Source of the DNA: a virus
Lineage: Duplodnaviria > Caudoviricetes
DNA: 37,184 nt
Direction: 5' to 3' (one strand)
IMG/VR virus record: IMGVR_UViG_3300037483_001167
Coordinates: 1 to 37,184 of that record
Shown here piece by piece: positions 16,011 to 23,717 of this stretch. The position numbers and the translations under genes were made by a program. How positions within the stretch are numbered: the stretch's first letter is position 1; each line of letters opens with the position of its first letter. The notes under the pieces are model-generated. The model had not been told where the DNA came from. It ran no database searches and saw only the letters and a program-made list of their open reading frames with translations.

Positions 16011-16553
16011 TCATTCCGTTTCCGTCCTCGTCGCCCCGTAGGCTACGGCCCCCACCCCGCTCCCCACCATGCCGGCGGTGGCGTCGCGGTTGGACTGGTC
16101 GGTGAATGCCTTGTTGATCGCCTTCGACGTGGCCAGGGACGCCATCTCTTCCATCCCCGCCTGCGCATCGACCGCCTCGCCGCGCCCCATCTTTATCCCG
16201 TCCATCAGGGCGGCCACGTCCGCGTTTTCCGCCTGCAGGTTCCCCTCGGCCATCGCCCGCGCCCCCGCCTTCCCCTTTCCCACGGCCAGGTCCCGCGCCG
16301 AGGCACTAAAGTTCCCCGAGGCCGGGTTCATCCCCGTCAGCTTCTTTTCGGCGGAAGAGAAGGTCTGCGCCACGTCCCCGGCGATATGCCCGGAGAGGCG
16401 CTCCTTTTCTCCTGCGGTGACGCGGCTCTCCTTGAGCCACTCGTCCTCGAAGGGCGCAAACGTCGCCTCGTAGCGCGCCAACTGATTTCGCGAAATTTCG
16501 GCCAGCGTATTTTCCTGCGCCGTCGGCTCCGGCTTATCGGCACCCTTTCCCAT
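16011..16553 (-). CDS. Putative internal virion protein (180 aa; C-terminus possibly frameshifted)
   Basis: ATG 16553 with AAGGAGG RBS and TAATG overlap; Ala/Gly-rich, begins MGKG; ends in GMVGSGVGAVAYG. Confidence 0.75.
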   Translation of the reverse strand: MGKGADKPEPTAQENTLAEISRNQLARYEATFAPFEDEWLKESRVTAGEKERLSGHIAGDVAQTFSSAEKKLTGMNPASGNFSASARDLAVGKGKAGARAMAEGNLQAENADVAALMDGIKMGRGEAVDAQAGMEEMASLATSKAINKAFTDQSNRDATAGMVGSGVGAVAYGATRTETE

Positions 16554-16936
16554 TACAACCTCCTTCGGTAACAGACGTGCTCCAGGCTCCAGCCGGTGCG
16601 CTCGAATCCCCGCCGGGGAGAGAGACACTCCACATACGCACACCCCTCGGCCCGGGCGAGCGCCTCGATGCGCGGCCAGTGCTTCTGTCGCGCAAATCCC
16701 TCTCCCCAAGCTGCCGCAATGTAGAGGTAGTGGACCTGGAGTGTGGCGTTGAAGAGTCTCTGCAAAATAACGAACCCTTCGCCCTGTTCGGCGAAGAGCG
16801 CGGCATGCTCGTTCACGCACAGGGCGTACAGGTCCTCCGGACGCCAGTCCGTGCGCATCTCCTCGCGGATGGTCTCCAGCTTCGGCCGGATTTCCTCCCA
16901 CACTTTGCGGATGTCGATTTTCTTCAGCTTGTCCAT
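16553..16936 (-). CDS. GNAT-like small protein preceding the ejection genes
   Basis: GFVILQ...LYIAAAWG...IEALARAEGCAYVECLSPRRGFER pattern resembles a GNAT fold; typical position in podovirus late operons. Confidence 0.6.
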   Translation of the reverse strand: MDKLKKIDIRKVWEEIRPKLETIREEMRTDWRPEDLYALCVNEHAALFAEQGEGFVILQRLFNATLQVHYLYIAAAWGEGFARQKHWPRIEALARAEGCAYVECLSPRRGFERTGWSLEHVCYRRRL

Positions 16937-16949
16937 AGTTTCCCCGTCG

Positions 16950-16966
16950 CTCATTATGATAGTGAA
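16950..16966. promoter_or_regulatory. Operator-like palindrome, copy 2 (CTCATTA-TGA-TAGTGAA)
   Basis: 2 mismatches to consensus; in the leader of the ejection-protein block. Confidence 0.65.
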
Positions 16967-17014
16967 CGCTTACCGCAACATAAGAGGAGACTCAAGTAAA
17001 ATCACACCAGGGGC

Positions 17015-17116
17015 TTCACCACAGAGGCACAGAGGTCACAGAGAGGTTCGATTAAAGCAGCCCGGTTCTCTCTGTGTTCTCTGTGCCTCCAGTGAGCGAA
17101 GCAAACGGGTGGTGAA
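17015..17116. repeat. REP/MITE-like palindromic interspersed repeat
   Basis: Nested inverted repeats TTCACCAC/GTGGTGAA, GAGGCACAGAG/CTCTGTGCCTC, CACAGAGAG/CTCTCTGTG. Confidence 0.75.
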
Positions 17117-17131
17117 AAAGATGTTCGTTGC

Positions 17132-17422
17132 TCACAGAAACCAGAGTTGTCCCTGTTTCTGCAGCGCCAGATCGAGGGCCTCTTCCATTTCCTCCGGCGT
17201 CACCTCGGATACCGTGTTGTCCGCCATTACCCAGGGGAGTGCGGCGTATCCGTTAATCTTCGCCCGCCGGGCGAAGAGGTCCAGCCGCTGCTGGCTCAAT
17301 TCGTCGCCGTCGAAGCGCAGCACCGTCCCGTCCGGGCGCATCACCTCCACTACAATCCCCGCCACCTTCGCGGCACGCACCGTCTTTTTCTGCTCGCGGG
17401 AAACGCGTCCGTCAAATCGCAT
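17132..17422 (-). CDS. DUF4376-like tail-fibre-associated protein
   Basis: FDGDELSQQRL...WVMADNTVSEVT.EEM.EAL motif; ATG 17422 overlaps upstream gene end, GAGGAG RBS. Confidence 0.7.
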   Translation of the reverse strand: MRFDGRVSREQKKTVRAAKVAGIVVEVMRPDGTVLRFDGDELSQQRLDLFARRAKINGYAALPWVMADNTVSEVTPEEMEEALDLALQKQGQLWFL

Positions 17423-17831
17423 CGAGAGTCTCCTCGTAGTCGAGATAGGGGAAGGCCTTGACCGTGACCCGGTGCTCTCCGGCAACGTCGGTCGTGAACT
17501 CTGCAATCCCGCCGATCACTTCTCCTTCGAGGTAAAGGCCGGGGCCGGAGAAGGTGACGGTGCAGGGGTCAGGCAGATCGAGAAGCAGCGTCACGTCGAT
17601 CCCATCGGCCTTGAGAGGGGTGTTGTTCCAGCGCGGGGTCATGGCGGGGCGGGGCAAGACTTCCGAGCCGGTTGCCGTTTCTTTCACGTACTGGTTTTTA
17701 TACTCATACTTTCCCGGGATAAGAATATTCCCGGGAGGAAGAATCTGGAATTCAACCTCGTCTTCGCGGATTGAAAAAATCGCACCGATTTTCCCCGTCG
17801 ACGGGTCGTATTCCGTGAAATATCCGGTCAT
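17412..17831 (-). CDS. Tail-associated hypothetical protein (Ig-like C-terminus)
   Basis: ATGA overlap with tail gene; YDPSTGKI N-terminus and ADG.D...LPDPCTVT...FPYLD. Confidence 0.7.
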   Translation of the reverse strand: MTGYFTEYDPSTGKIGAIFSIREDEVEFQILPPGNILIPGKYEYKNQYVKETATGSEVLPRPAMTPRWNNTPLKADGIDVTLLLDLPDPCTVTFSGPGLYLEGEVIGGIAEFTTDVAGEHRVTVKAFPYLDYEETLDAI

Positions 17832-20800
17832 CGCTTGACCCCCAAAACGTTTAAATACCGATAGGAAACGGTGCCGCCGAAGGTGGACGACGGCGTATAG
17901 AACTCGATGGAAACGGCATTATTGCCGACGCTGGATAATATTTTTGCCTGGATGATGGCCGGGGCAATGTACTTTGTCGGCGACCCGCTCCCGTCGCCGA
18001 GCCCCGCGACAGGGCGGATATATTTTTGCACGCCATTCACGACGATCCGAAAGTACGCATACCGCAGGCTCGTACCGAGAATGGTAAAGAAATCGCAGAA
18101 GCAGGAAAAATCGACGAGGATCGGTTGCCCCTCGGGGTCCAGCGTCAGGGTTGCGATCTGCTGCCAGCCCATCGAGATCGTCACAGAGGCATCGTTCTGG
18201 TAGGATCTCGGGAGGGTAACGGCTTCGCCTTTTATTTTCAGCGTCGAAACCGCGGCATTGCCGATATACGCCTCGCCGATCGCGGCGGCGGCGATATAGG
18301 TGCTGATATTGGCAGCCAGGATCTGATCGAGGAAGGCAAAATCTCCGAGACCGTTTACGGCCGCAGGATTGACGCCCCCGGAGTCGAGGACGACCTGCCC
18401 GGCGGCATTATAAATTTCGATTCCGTAATAGCCGGGACTGAGCTTCCCGATAATGACGCGCGTCGAACTTCCGTCATCGACAAGAATCCGGTCGTTTTGC
18501 CCGTCGAAATGAACCCGGCCTTCGTCGCCGAGAAAGATGTTGCTGGCGGAGATAATCCCGGCCAGCAGCTTATTAACGGAGAGATCTGCGATCTTTGCAT
18601 TGTCGACCGCCAGATCGGCAATCTTGGCCGTGGTGATCGTCGCATCCTTGATCAGCGCGGTATCCATGTAAACCGTGCCGTCCTGGACGATGAACGGGAT
18701 CTTCGCCGCGCCGAACTTGATGGCCGAGAACCCGGGATGCACCGTGGCCGGAGTTGCCGGGGTTCCCGTCACCGGATAGGTGAAGGTGTCCGCGTCCGTC
18801 ACCGTGACCGGCTTGGTACCGTTGTACTCCACCTGTGCCGCCCCCGTCACCACCACGTAGTCACCGGTGGAAAGACCGTGGGCCGTACTGGTGGCGCTGG
18901 CCGTCCCTCCGGAGGAGGTCAAATCGGAGATCGTTTTCGGGGAGACGTTGGGGTTGATGATGGCGAAGCGGTCGGCCAAAAACTGGAACTCGGAGAAGGG
19001 TGTGGCGTCCCGCGCCTCGGAGGCGAAACCGAACCCGGAGAGAAAGCCGTTCACGTCGCTCTTCAAGGTGAACTGCGTCTCCAGCCCGTCGATGCTTTCC
19101 GTCTGGACCTGGATCGCTGCGGCGTTTTCCCCCACCTCCGTCTGCAAGGTGGTGATGGACGAAGCCAGCGCGTCGTCTCCATCAGCTCGAGCCGTCTGCT
19201 CCGTTTGGATCGCTGCGTAATTGTCCTGAATGTCGGCGCTCAGGACCTCCACCTTCACCAGGTCCACTTCGGTCGTTCCGGCCGCGCCCTGATTGACCAG
19301 GACGAGCGGACGCACATACCGAACGTCCGTATGCAGCTTGGCCGGATCGGCAAGCGTCTTGGCAGAGGACCAGGCGCCGAAACCTTTGGCGTAGCCGACA
19401 TATTCCGTCCAGCCTGTACCGGGGCTGACGCCGTAGGCCACGAAAAAAAACTGGGAGGAATAACTGTCATACCCGGTTACATCCACGAAAGTCAGCCCGT
19501 CCGCAGCCACTCCGGCGAATCCGGCATAAAATGTACCGATTCCGAGCGGGCGGCGGACCCGGAGAGTCATCCGGTAGATGGCCTCGGGATCGAAAGGAAT
19601 GTTATCCTCATGGATGAGCCAGGCCTGATCGTTCCCCGCGTTGTTTCCGACGCGCAACACCTTTCCGCCGGACTGCGAGTCAGCAACCGTCTCGACGGAC
19701 ATCTCGCCAGACCCGTCATAGTTCTGCCACCGCAAGAGGGGGGCTGTGCCGTCGAATGTTTCCAAGAACGCCTTCTGGCTCGTCTCCGCCTTCGCCTCGA
19801 GAAGAGTAACTTCGGAAGCCAGGGCCGCATCTCCGTCGGCCCGAGCCTGCTGCTCCGTGACGATCGTCGAGGCGTTGTCTCCGACATCGGCGGTCAGGAT
19901 GGTGATCTGTGATGCCTGGGCGACAAGGGTATCTCCTTGGTTCGACACCGTCGCATCCAGAACCGAGATGGCCGAGGCGTTGGCCGCGATTCCCATTTCT
20001 GCGTCATTGACCGTGACCTCCAGTGCGTCAATGGCGGCGGCGTTCTGCCCGATGCGAGGGTCTCTCAGGTCGTGCCAGGAGTGTCCGCTGCCGCTGTCGT
20101 ACCAGATGTAGGGATGGTTGTCGTCGTTGGAGTCATACCAGCGGGAGTTATCGGGGATAGGATCGGGGATTCCCGCAACCCCCGGCACCGGCTCGTCGTC
20201 CTGCACGAAGACGGTCCCGACGATCTCCCCGGCCAGGGAGTAGATCTGACTCTCCAGTATCTCGATCTTGTCGATGCGGGTATTGAGGTCCAGGTGCAGC
20301 TGGCTTTCCGTGATCTCGTTGGCCAGCAGCTCCAGCATGTACTCCGGATCGTCGGCGGTGCTGCCGGGCGTTCCGGCCACGGCGTTGAACGCCCCCCGGT
20401 CGCTGTTTGCGTTGACGTGCCGAATCCAGTAGTAGTGAGTCTCCGAGGTCGCGGTGTTCGGAAGATTCTCGTCCACCCACAGCAGAAACGTCGCCTTGTC
20501 GACCCGCACCGCCTGTCCCAGGTCGTCTACTTGCGCCCGGTGGATCTCCGTGTAGGCGTGCCCCTCGTAGCCCGGAGCGTCCCACTCCAGCATGATCTTG
20601 GCAAAAAGCCCGGTAACGATGAACCCCCTCGGCGTCTTCGGAGCCTCCACTGTCCCCACGACGCTTGAAACGGCGGCGGAGACGGCGCGCACGGTCTGAT
20701 CGAGGGTCGACACCTCCTCCCGAACCGTCTGCAGCACCGAGAGCGCCGCGCGCACGGACAGGGAGAATTCCGCCAGTTCCCTCGGGGTGGGGTTCTTGGA

Positions 20801-20839
20801 CAGGAGCTTGATCTGGGGAAAAAGCGCTTTGGTGGTCAT
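17828..20839 (-). CDS. Tail tip / fibre protein (FN3-like, coiled coil, carbohydrate-binding-like and DUF1983-like regions)
   Basis: IMLEWDAP...YYWIRHVN (FN3-like); EQxARADGD repeats; SGFGFAS...FQFLADRFAI...PFIVQDGTVYM..A.IKDATITTAKI. Confidence 0.85.
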   Translation of the reverse strand: MTTKALFPQIKLLSKNPTPRELAEFSLSVRAALSVLQTVREEVSTLDQTVRAVSAAVSSVVGTVEAPKTPRGFIVTGLFAKIMLEWDAPGYEGHAYTEIHRAQVDDLGQAVRVDKATFLLWVDENLPNTATSETHYYWIRHVNANSDRGAFNAVAGTPGSTADDPEYMLELLANEITESQLHLDLNTRIDKIEILESQIYSLAGEIVGTVFVQDDEPVPGVAGIPDPIPDNSRWYDSNDDNHPYIWYDSGSGHSWHDLRDPRIGQNAAAIDALEVTVNDAEMGIAANASAISVLDATVSNQGDTLVAQASQITILTADVGDNASTIVTEQQARADGDAALASEVTLLEAKAETSQKAFLETFDGTAPLLRWQNYDGSGEMSVETVADSQSGGKVLRVGNNAGNDQAWLIHEDNIPFDPEAIYRMTLRVRRPLGIGTFYAGFAGVAADGLTFVDVTGYDSYSSQFFFVAYGVSPGTGWTEYVGYAKGFGAWSSAKTLADPAKLHTDVRYVRPLVLVNQGAAGTTEVDLVKVEVLSADIQDNYAAIQTEQTARADGDDALASSITTLQTEVGENAAAIQVQTESIDGLETQFTLKSDVNGFLSGFGFASEARDATPFSEFQFLADRFAIINPNVSPKTISDLTSSGGTASATSTAHGLSTGDYVVVTGAAQVEYNGTKPVTVTDADTFTYPVTGTPATPATVHPGFSAIKFGAAKIPFIVQDGTVYMDTALIKDATITTAKIADLAVDNAKIADLSVNKLLAGIISASNIFLGDEGRVHFDGQNDRILVDDGSSTRVIIGKLSPGYYGIEIYNAAGQVVLDSGGVNPAAVNGLGDFAFLDQILAANISTYIAAAAIGEAYIGNAAVSTLKIKGEAVTLPRSYQNDASVTISMGWQQIATLTLDPEGQPILVDFSCFCDFFTILGTSLRYAYFRIVVNGVQKYIRPVAGLGDGSGSPTKYIAPAIIQAKILSSVGNNAVSIEFYTPSSTFGGTVSYRYLNVLGVKR

Positions 20840-22680
20840 ATCTGCCTCAGTTCGCTCATCGTTTCGGCCGCGGCGATCTCCTCGATCTCAACGTTACCTT
20901 CGACCTCCAGCTCGGCATACTCGGTCCGATACCCCCCCGGCAGACGGAAGGGCTTGGCGCTGGCCACCGTCGCGGTGGATATAACCGTATCTCCGGAAGC
21001 CGCAAGCGCTCCCCCCGAGGCCGCCGCGACCGCCGTCGCCTCGGCGGCGCTTCCCAATTTGGCGTGCAGCTTGAAGGTGAGCGGGTAGCCCAGCGCCTTC
21101 ACCTTCGCCACCGTCAGACAGCCGGGACGGGGCAGGGAGTGCCGCTTCCCCTTGCGGTTCAGAGTCAGGGCGGACCCCGCGTCCCACTTCACGATATCGT
21201 CGCCGCGCTGGACGTACAGGGAATCCGTCAGCAGGTCCACGTGCACGGCCGTGGCTGCGATATCGCAGAAATCCGCCGAGCCTTCCGTGAGGTCCAGGAT
21301 CAGACACCCCGTCGCCGCCCCCGTATCATAAAAGGCGTAATACTTGCCGTTGTGCGCCGCGGCGACGAAGGAGGCGGGCGCCAGAGCAAGCCACTGGTCC
21401 CGGGTGAAGAGCGCCCGGGTGGCGTTCTCGGCCACGCCGCTGCCCATGATCATCAGCCCGTCCGGCGAGGGGTAGGCCACGAACGAGCCCAGATCCGCCA
21501 TCCCCCGGCGCGCCACGCAGGCCTGGGTGATCTCCGTGCGGTCCATGGTCATATATCCCGGCAGCGCCCCCGTGGCCACGTACGGCACCCCTTCGGTCGC
21601 CACCAGCACCGAAGAGCCGAAGACCTCCACGCCGACGATCTTAAAGTCCGAAGGGAGCCGGTACCGCGTCGGCCAGGCGTGCGCCTGGTGCGGCTCGCAG
21701 AAGCAGACGTTCTTTCCCGAAAAACCCACCAGCACCCCGTTGGGCATGGCCCGGATGCCTGCCAGGTCGGCAGGGGGCTCGCTGTACTCCTCTGTCGCAA
21801 GGGTCTCCCCCAGGGCCGAGGAGAGGATGGTGTCCGCATAGGTCGTCGTGGCGATAGGCAGTTCTGCCACGAACTGGTAGGCGCTCTCGGAGGCCGTGTT
21901 CACCCGATAGATCCGCCGGTGCGTGATGTTGTATCCGCCTTCCGGGGCCGCGTTCAGCGCCGAGAGATCGACCCCCTGTCCGTTGACGAATTGCACGTCG
22001 AGGAGGTTGGAGGACGGCGACGGCGGGCCCTCTTCGTCGATGCCGCTCCACCGCCGCAAAAACGTCTCCAGGTAGGCCGTGGTCTCCGTGTCCCCCGAAG
22101 AAGTCGCCGACTCGCACGTCCACACCACGGTGCCGTCCGCCACGGTCTCCCCGACGGTCGTCGGCCAGGTCGGCTCCGTGCCCCCCGAGGTCCCCTCCGT
22201 CGTCGCGCCGTAGCGGTAATCCCCCGTGACGATCTTTTGGCCCAGCGCGTAGGCCGCACTCGCCGACCAGTCGAGGGAGAGGACTGCCGCAGCCGGTGCG
22301 TTCACCGGGGCCGGCAGTCCCAGCAGGTAACTGTTGTTCGGATAGAGCACCCCTCCGCCGGAGGTAGCGATGGAGGCGTCCGTCACCTTCGGCGCCCCGT
22401 CGCCGGTAAAGATGGTCCGCTCCTGGGTGTCGTTGGGGATCGGGGCCCGCACCGCGTCCACCGCGGTAAGCCAGTGAAACCAGGTGTCGCCGGCAAAGAG
22501 GTGAATGGCCTGCTTCGTCCCGACCTTGGCCGGGGTGGCAACGAACAGAGTGTCCTTCAGGGGGCGGATATTCCCCTTCTCCCGCACCGCGTTCTTCGAG
22601 ATCTGCGCCGCCTCCGTCGGCAGGTGCTGCACTGCCGCCGCCGGGATCTGCCCGCGGAAAAGATGTTCCCGGATCAGCAT
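20836..22680 (-). CDS. Tail tubular / nozzle-type protein
   Basis: F.GQIP...LP.EAAQ...N N-terminus; beta-propeller-like LVGFSGKNVCFCEP..HAWP..Y, YPSPDGL; follows the adaptor gene. Confidence 0.75.
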   Translation of the reverse strand: MLIREHLFRGQIPAAAVQHLPTEAAQISKNAVREKGNIRPLKDTLFVATPAKVGTKQAIHLFAGDTWFHWLTAVDAVRAPIPNDTQERTIFTGDGAPKVTDASIATSGGGVLYPNNSYLLGLPAPVNAPAAAVLSLDWSASAAYALGQKIVTGDYRYGATTEGTSGGTEPTWPTTVGETVADGTVVWTCESATSSGDTETTAYLETFLRRWSGIDEEGPPSPSSNLLDVQFVNGQGVDLSALNAAPEGGYNITHRRIYRVNTASESAYQFVAELPIATTTYADTILSSALGETLATEEYSEPPADLAGIRAMPNGVLVGFSGKNVCFCEPHQAHAWPTRYRLPSDFKIVGVEVFGSSVLVATEGVPYVATGALPGYMTMDRTEITQACVARRGMADLGSFVAYPSPDGLMIMGSGVAENATRALFTRDQWLALAPASFVAAAHNGKYYAFYDTGAATGCLILDLTEGSADFCDIAATAVHVDLLTDSLYVQRGDDIVKWDAGSALTLNRKGKRHSLPRPGCLTVAKVKALGYPLTFKLHAKLGSAAEATAVAAASGGALAASGDTVISTATVASAKPFRLPGGYRTEYAELEVEGNVEIEEIAAAETMSELRQI

Positions 22681-23406
22681 CTATGCCTCCCCTTCGTCGC
22701 GCCGCCTGGGCGCGTAGATCTTCTCCGTCTGCACCTTCACGCCGAGGGCCGCCGCGAACTGCCGGTAGTGCCACTGCGCCCGCTGCGGGTCCGCCGTCTC
22801 GCTGTCCCCGGAAAAAGCCCGGTGCAGCACGCCGTCCACCAGGGCACTCTCGTAGGTGTCGTCCAGCCCCGCGTCGATGTCGTCGTCGGCAAGCACTGTT
22901 GCGGAGTCGGAAAGCGTGTTCACCGGCGCCCGGGCCACCAACACCTCGGCGTACACCGCCGGAGCCGACGTGGCGGGCGGATAGACGAAGAAGCCCTGCG
23001 GGTCCTTCGGTTTGGGAATGAGGTGGCGGATCTCGCTTGCAGCCGTCGACGCATGCCACCCCGGCAGCATCGTATCCAAAACGCTGCGCTCGGCGGTCGT
23101 AATCGCCCGCCCGGGGGTCTGGCCGTCGACCCCCATGTTGCGCACCGGCTCCAGCAGCTGCAGCGCCGTCAGCGCCGCCGCTGTCCCGTCCGCCGTGTTT
23201 TTAAAGGCCGCCCCGATCAGGCTCTGCTTCGTCCCGGAGGCCAGCAGTATCGCCACGCTCGCCGTCAGCGCCGTCGGCTTGAGCAGCACCAGGTCCAGAC
23301 AGGCCAGGTTGATCCATTTGGCGAGTTGGGGAACCGTCCAGGTGACGTGTCCCGTATCCGTGAGAATGAGCGCGGCCTTCTGGCCTATTTTTGAGCTGGA
23401 TAGCAT
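22681..23406 (-). CDS. Head-tail adaptor (DUF6682-like)
   Basis: A.LILTD...VTWT..QL..WIN, L..GTKQSL, RNMG, FFVYPP, ALVDGVLHRAFS.D...RAQWHY..F motifs. Confidence 0.75.
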   Translation of the reverse strand: MLSSSKIGQKAALILTDTGHVTWTVPQLAKWINLACLDLVLLKPTALTASVAILLASGTKQSLIGAAFKNTADGTAAALTALQLLEPVRNMGVDGQTPGRAITTAERSVLDTMLPGWHASTAASEIRHLIPKPKDPQGFFVYPPATSAPAVYAEVLVARAPVNTLSDSATVLADDDIDAGLDDTYESALVDGVLHRAFSGDSETADPQRAQWHYRQFAAALGVKVQTEKIYAPRRRDEGEA

Positions 23407-23433
23407 GGTGCCTCCTCGGGGGTCGGGCCCCGG

Positions 23434-23716
23434 CTATGCGAAGAGTCGGAGAGTCAAGACGGTCAGGAGCGTCAGCAGCCCGCCGCCGAAGGTCGCCAGG
23501 GCGTCCTTCACGTCGGGGTCGCCCTTGCGCCACATCCATTCGGGCGCCGAAGGCCATACGGCGACGATCCATGCGGCCCCGGTTTTATCCTTGATCTCCT
23601 TGGCACCGCCGGCGATCAGGACCAGGATAAGGGCCAAGGGAACGGGAAGACCCGTAGACGCCCATTCGGTGGCAACGTCGGCGCGGGTGGAGGTGTTGGT
23701 CTGCATAGATGTTCAT
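23434..23716 (-). pseudogene. Small membrane protein apparently split by a 1-nt frameshift near 23685
   Basis: ATG 23716 has a GGAG RBS and abuts the upstream stop (MNIYADQHLH), but the hydrophobic body (LILVLIAGGAKEIKD...D.KDALAT.GG) is in another frame. Confidence 0.5.
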
Positions 23717-23717
23717 T

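Noticed and set aside
17015-17116. CRISPR array
   Set aside because: Repeats are inverted and lack unique spacers; no cas genes
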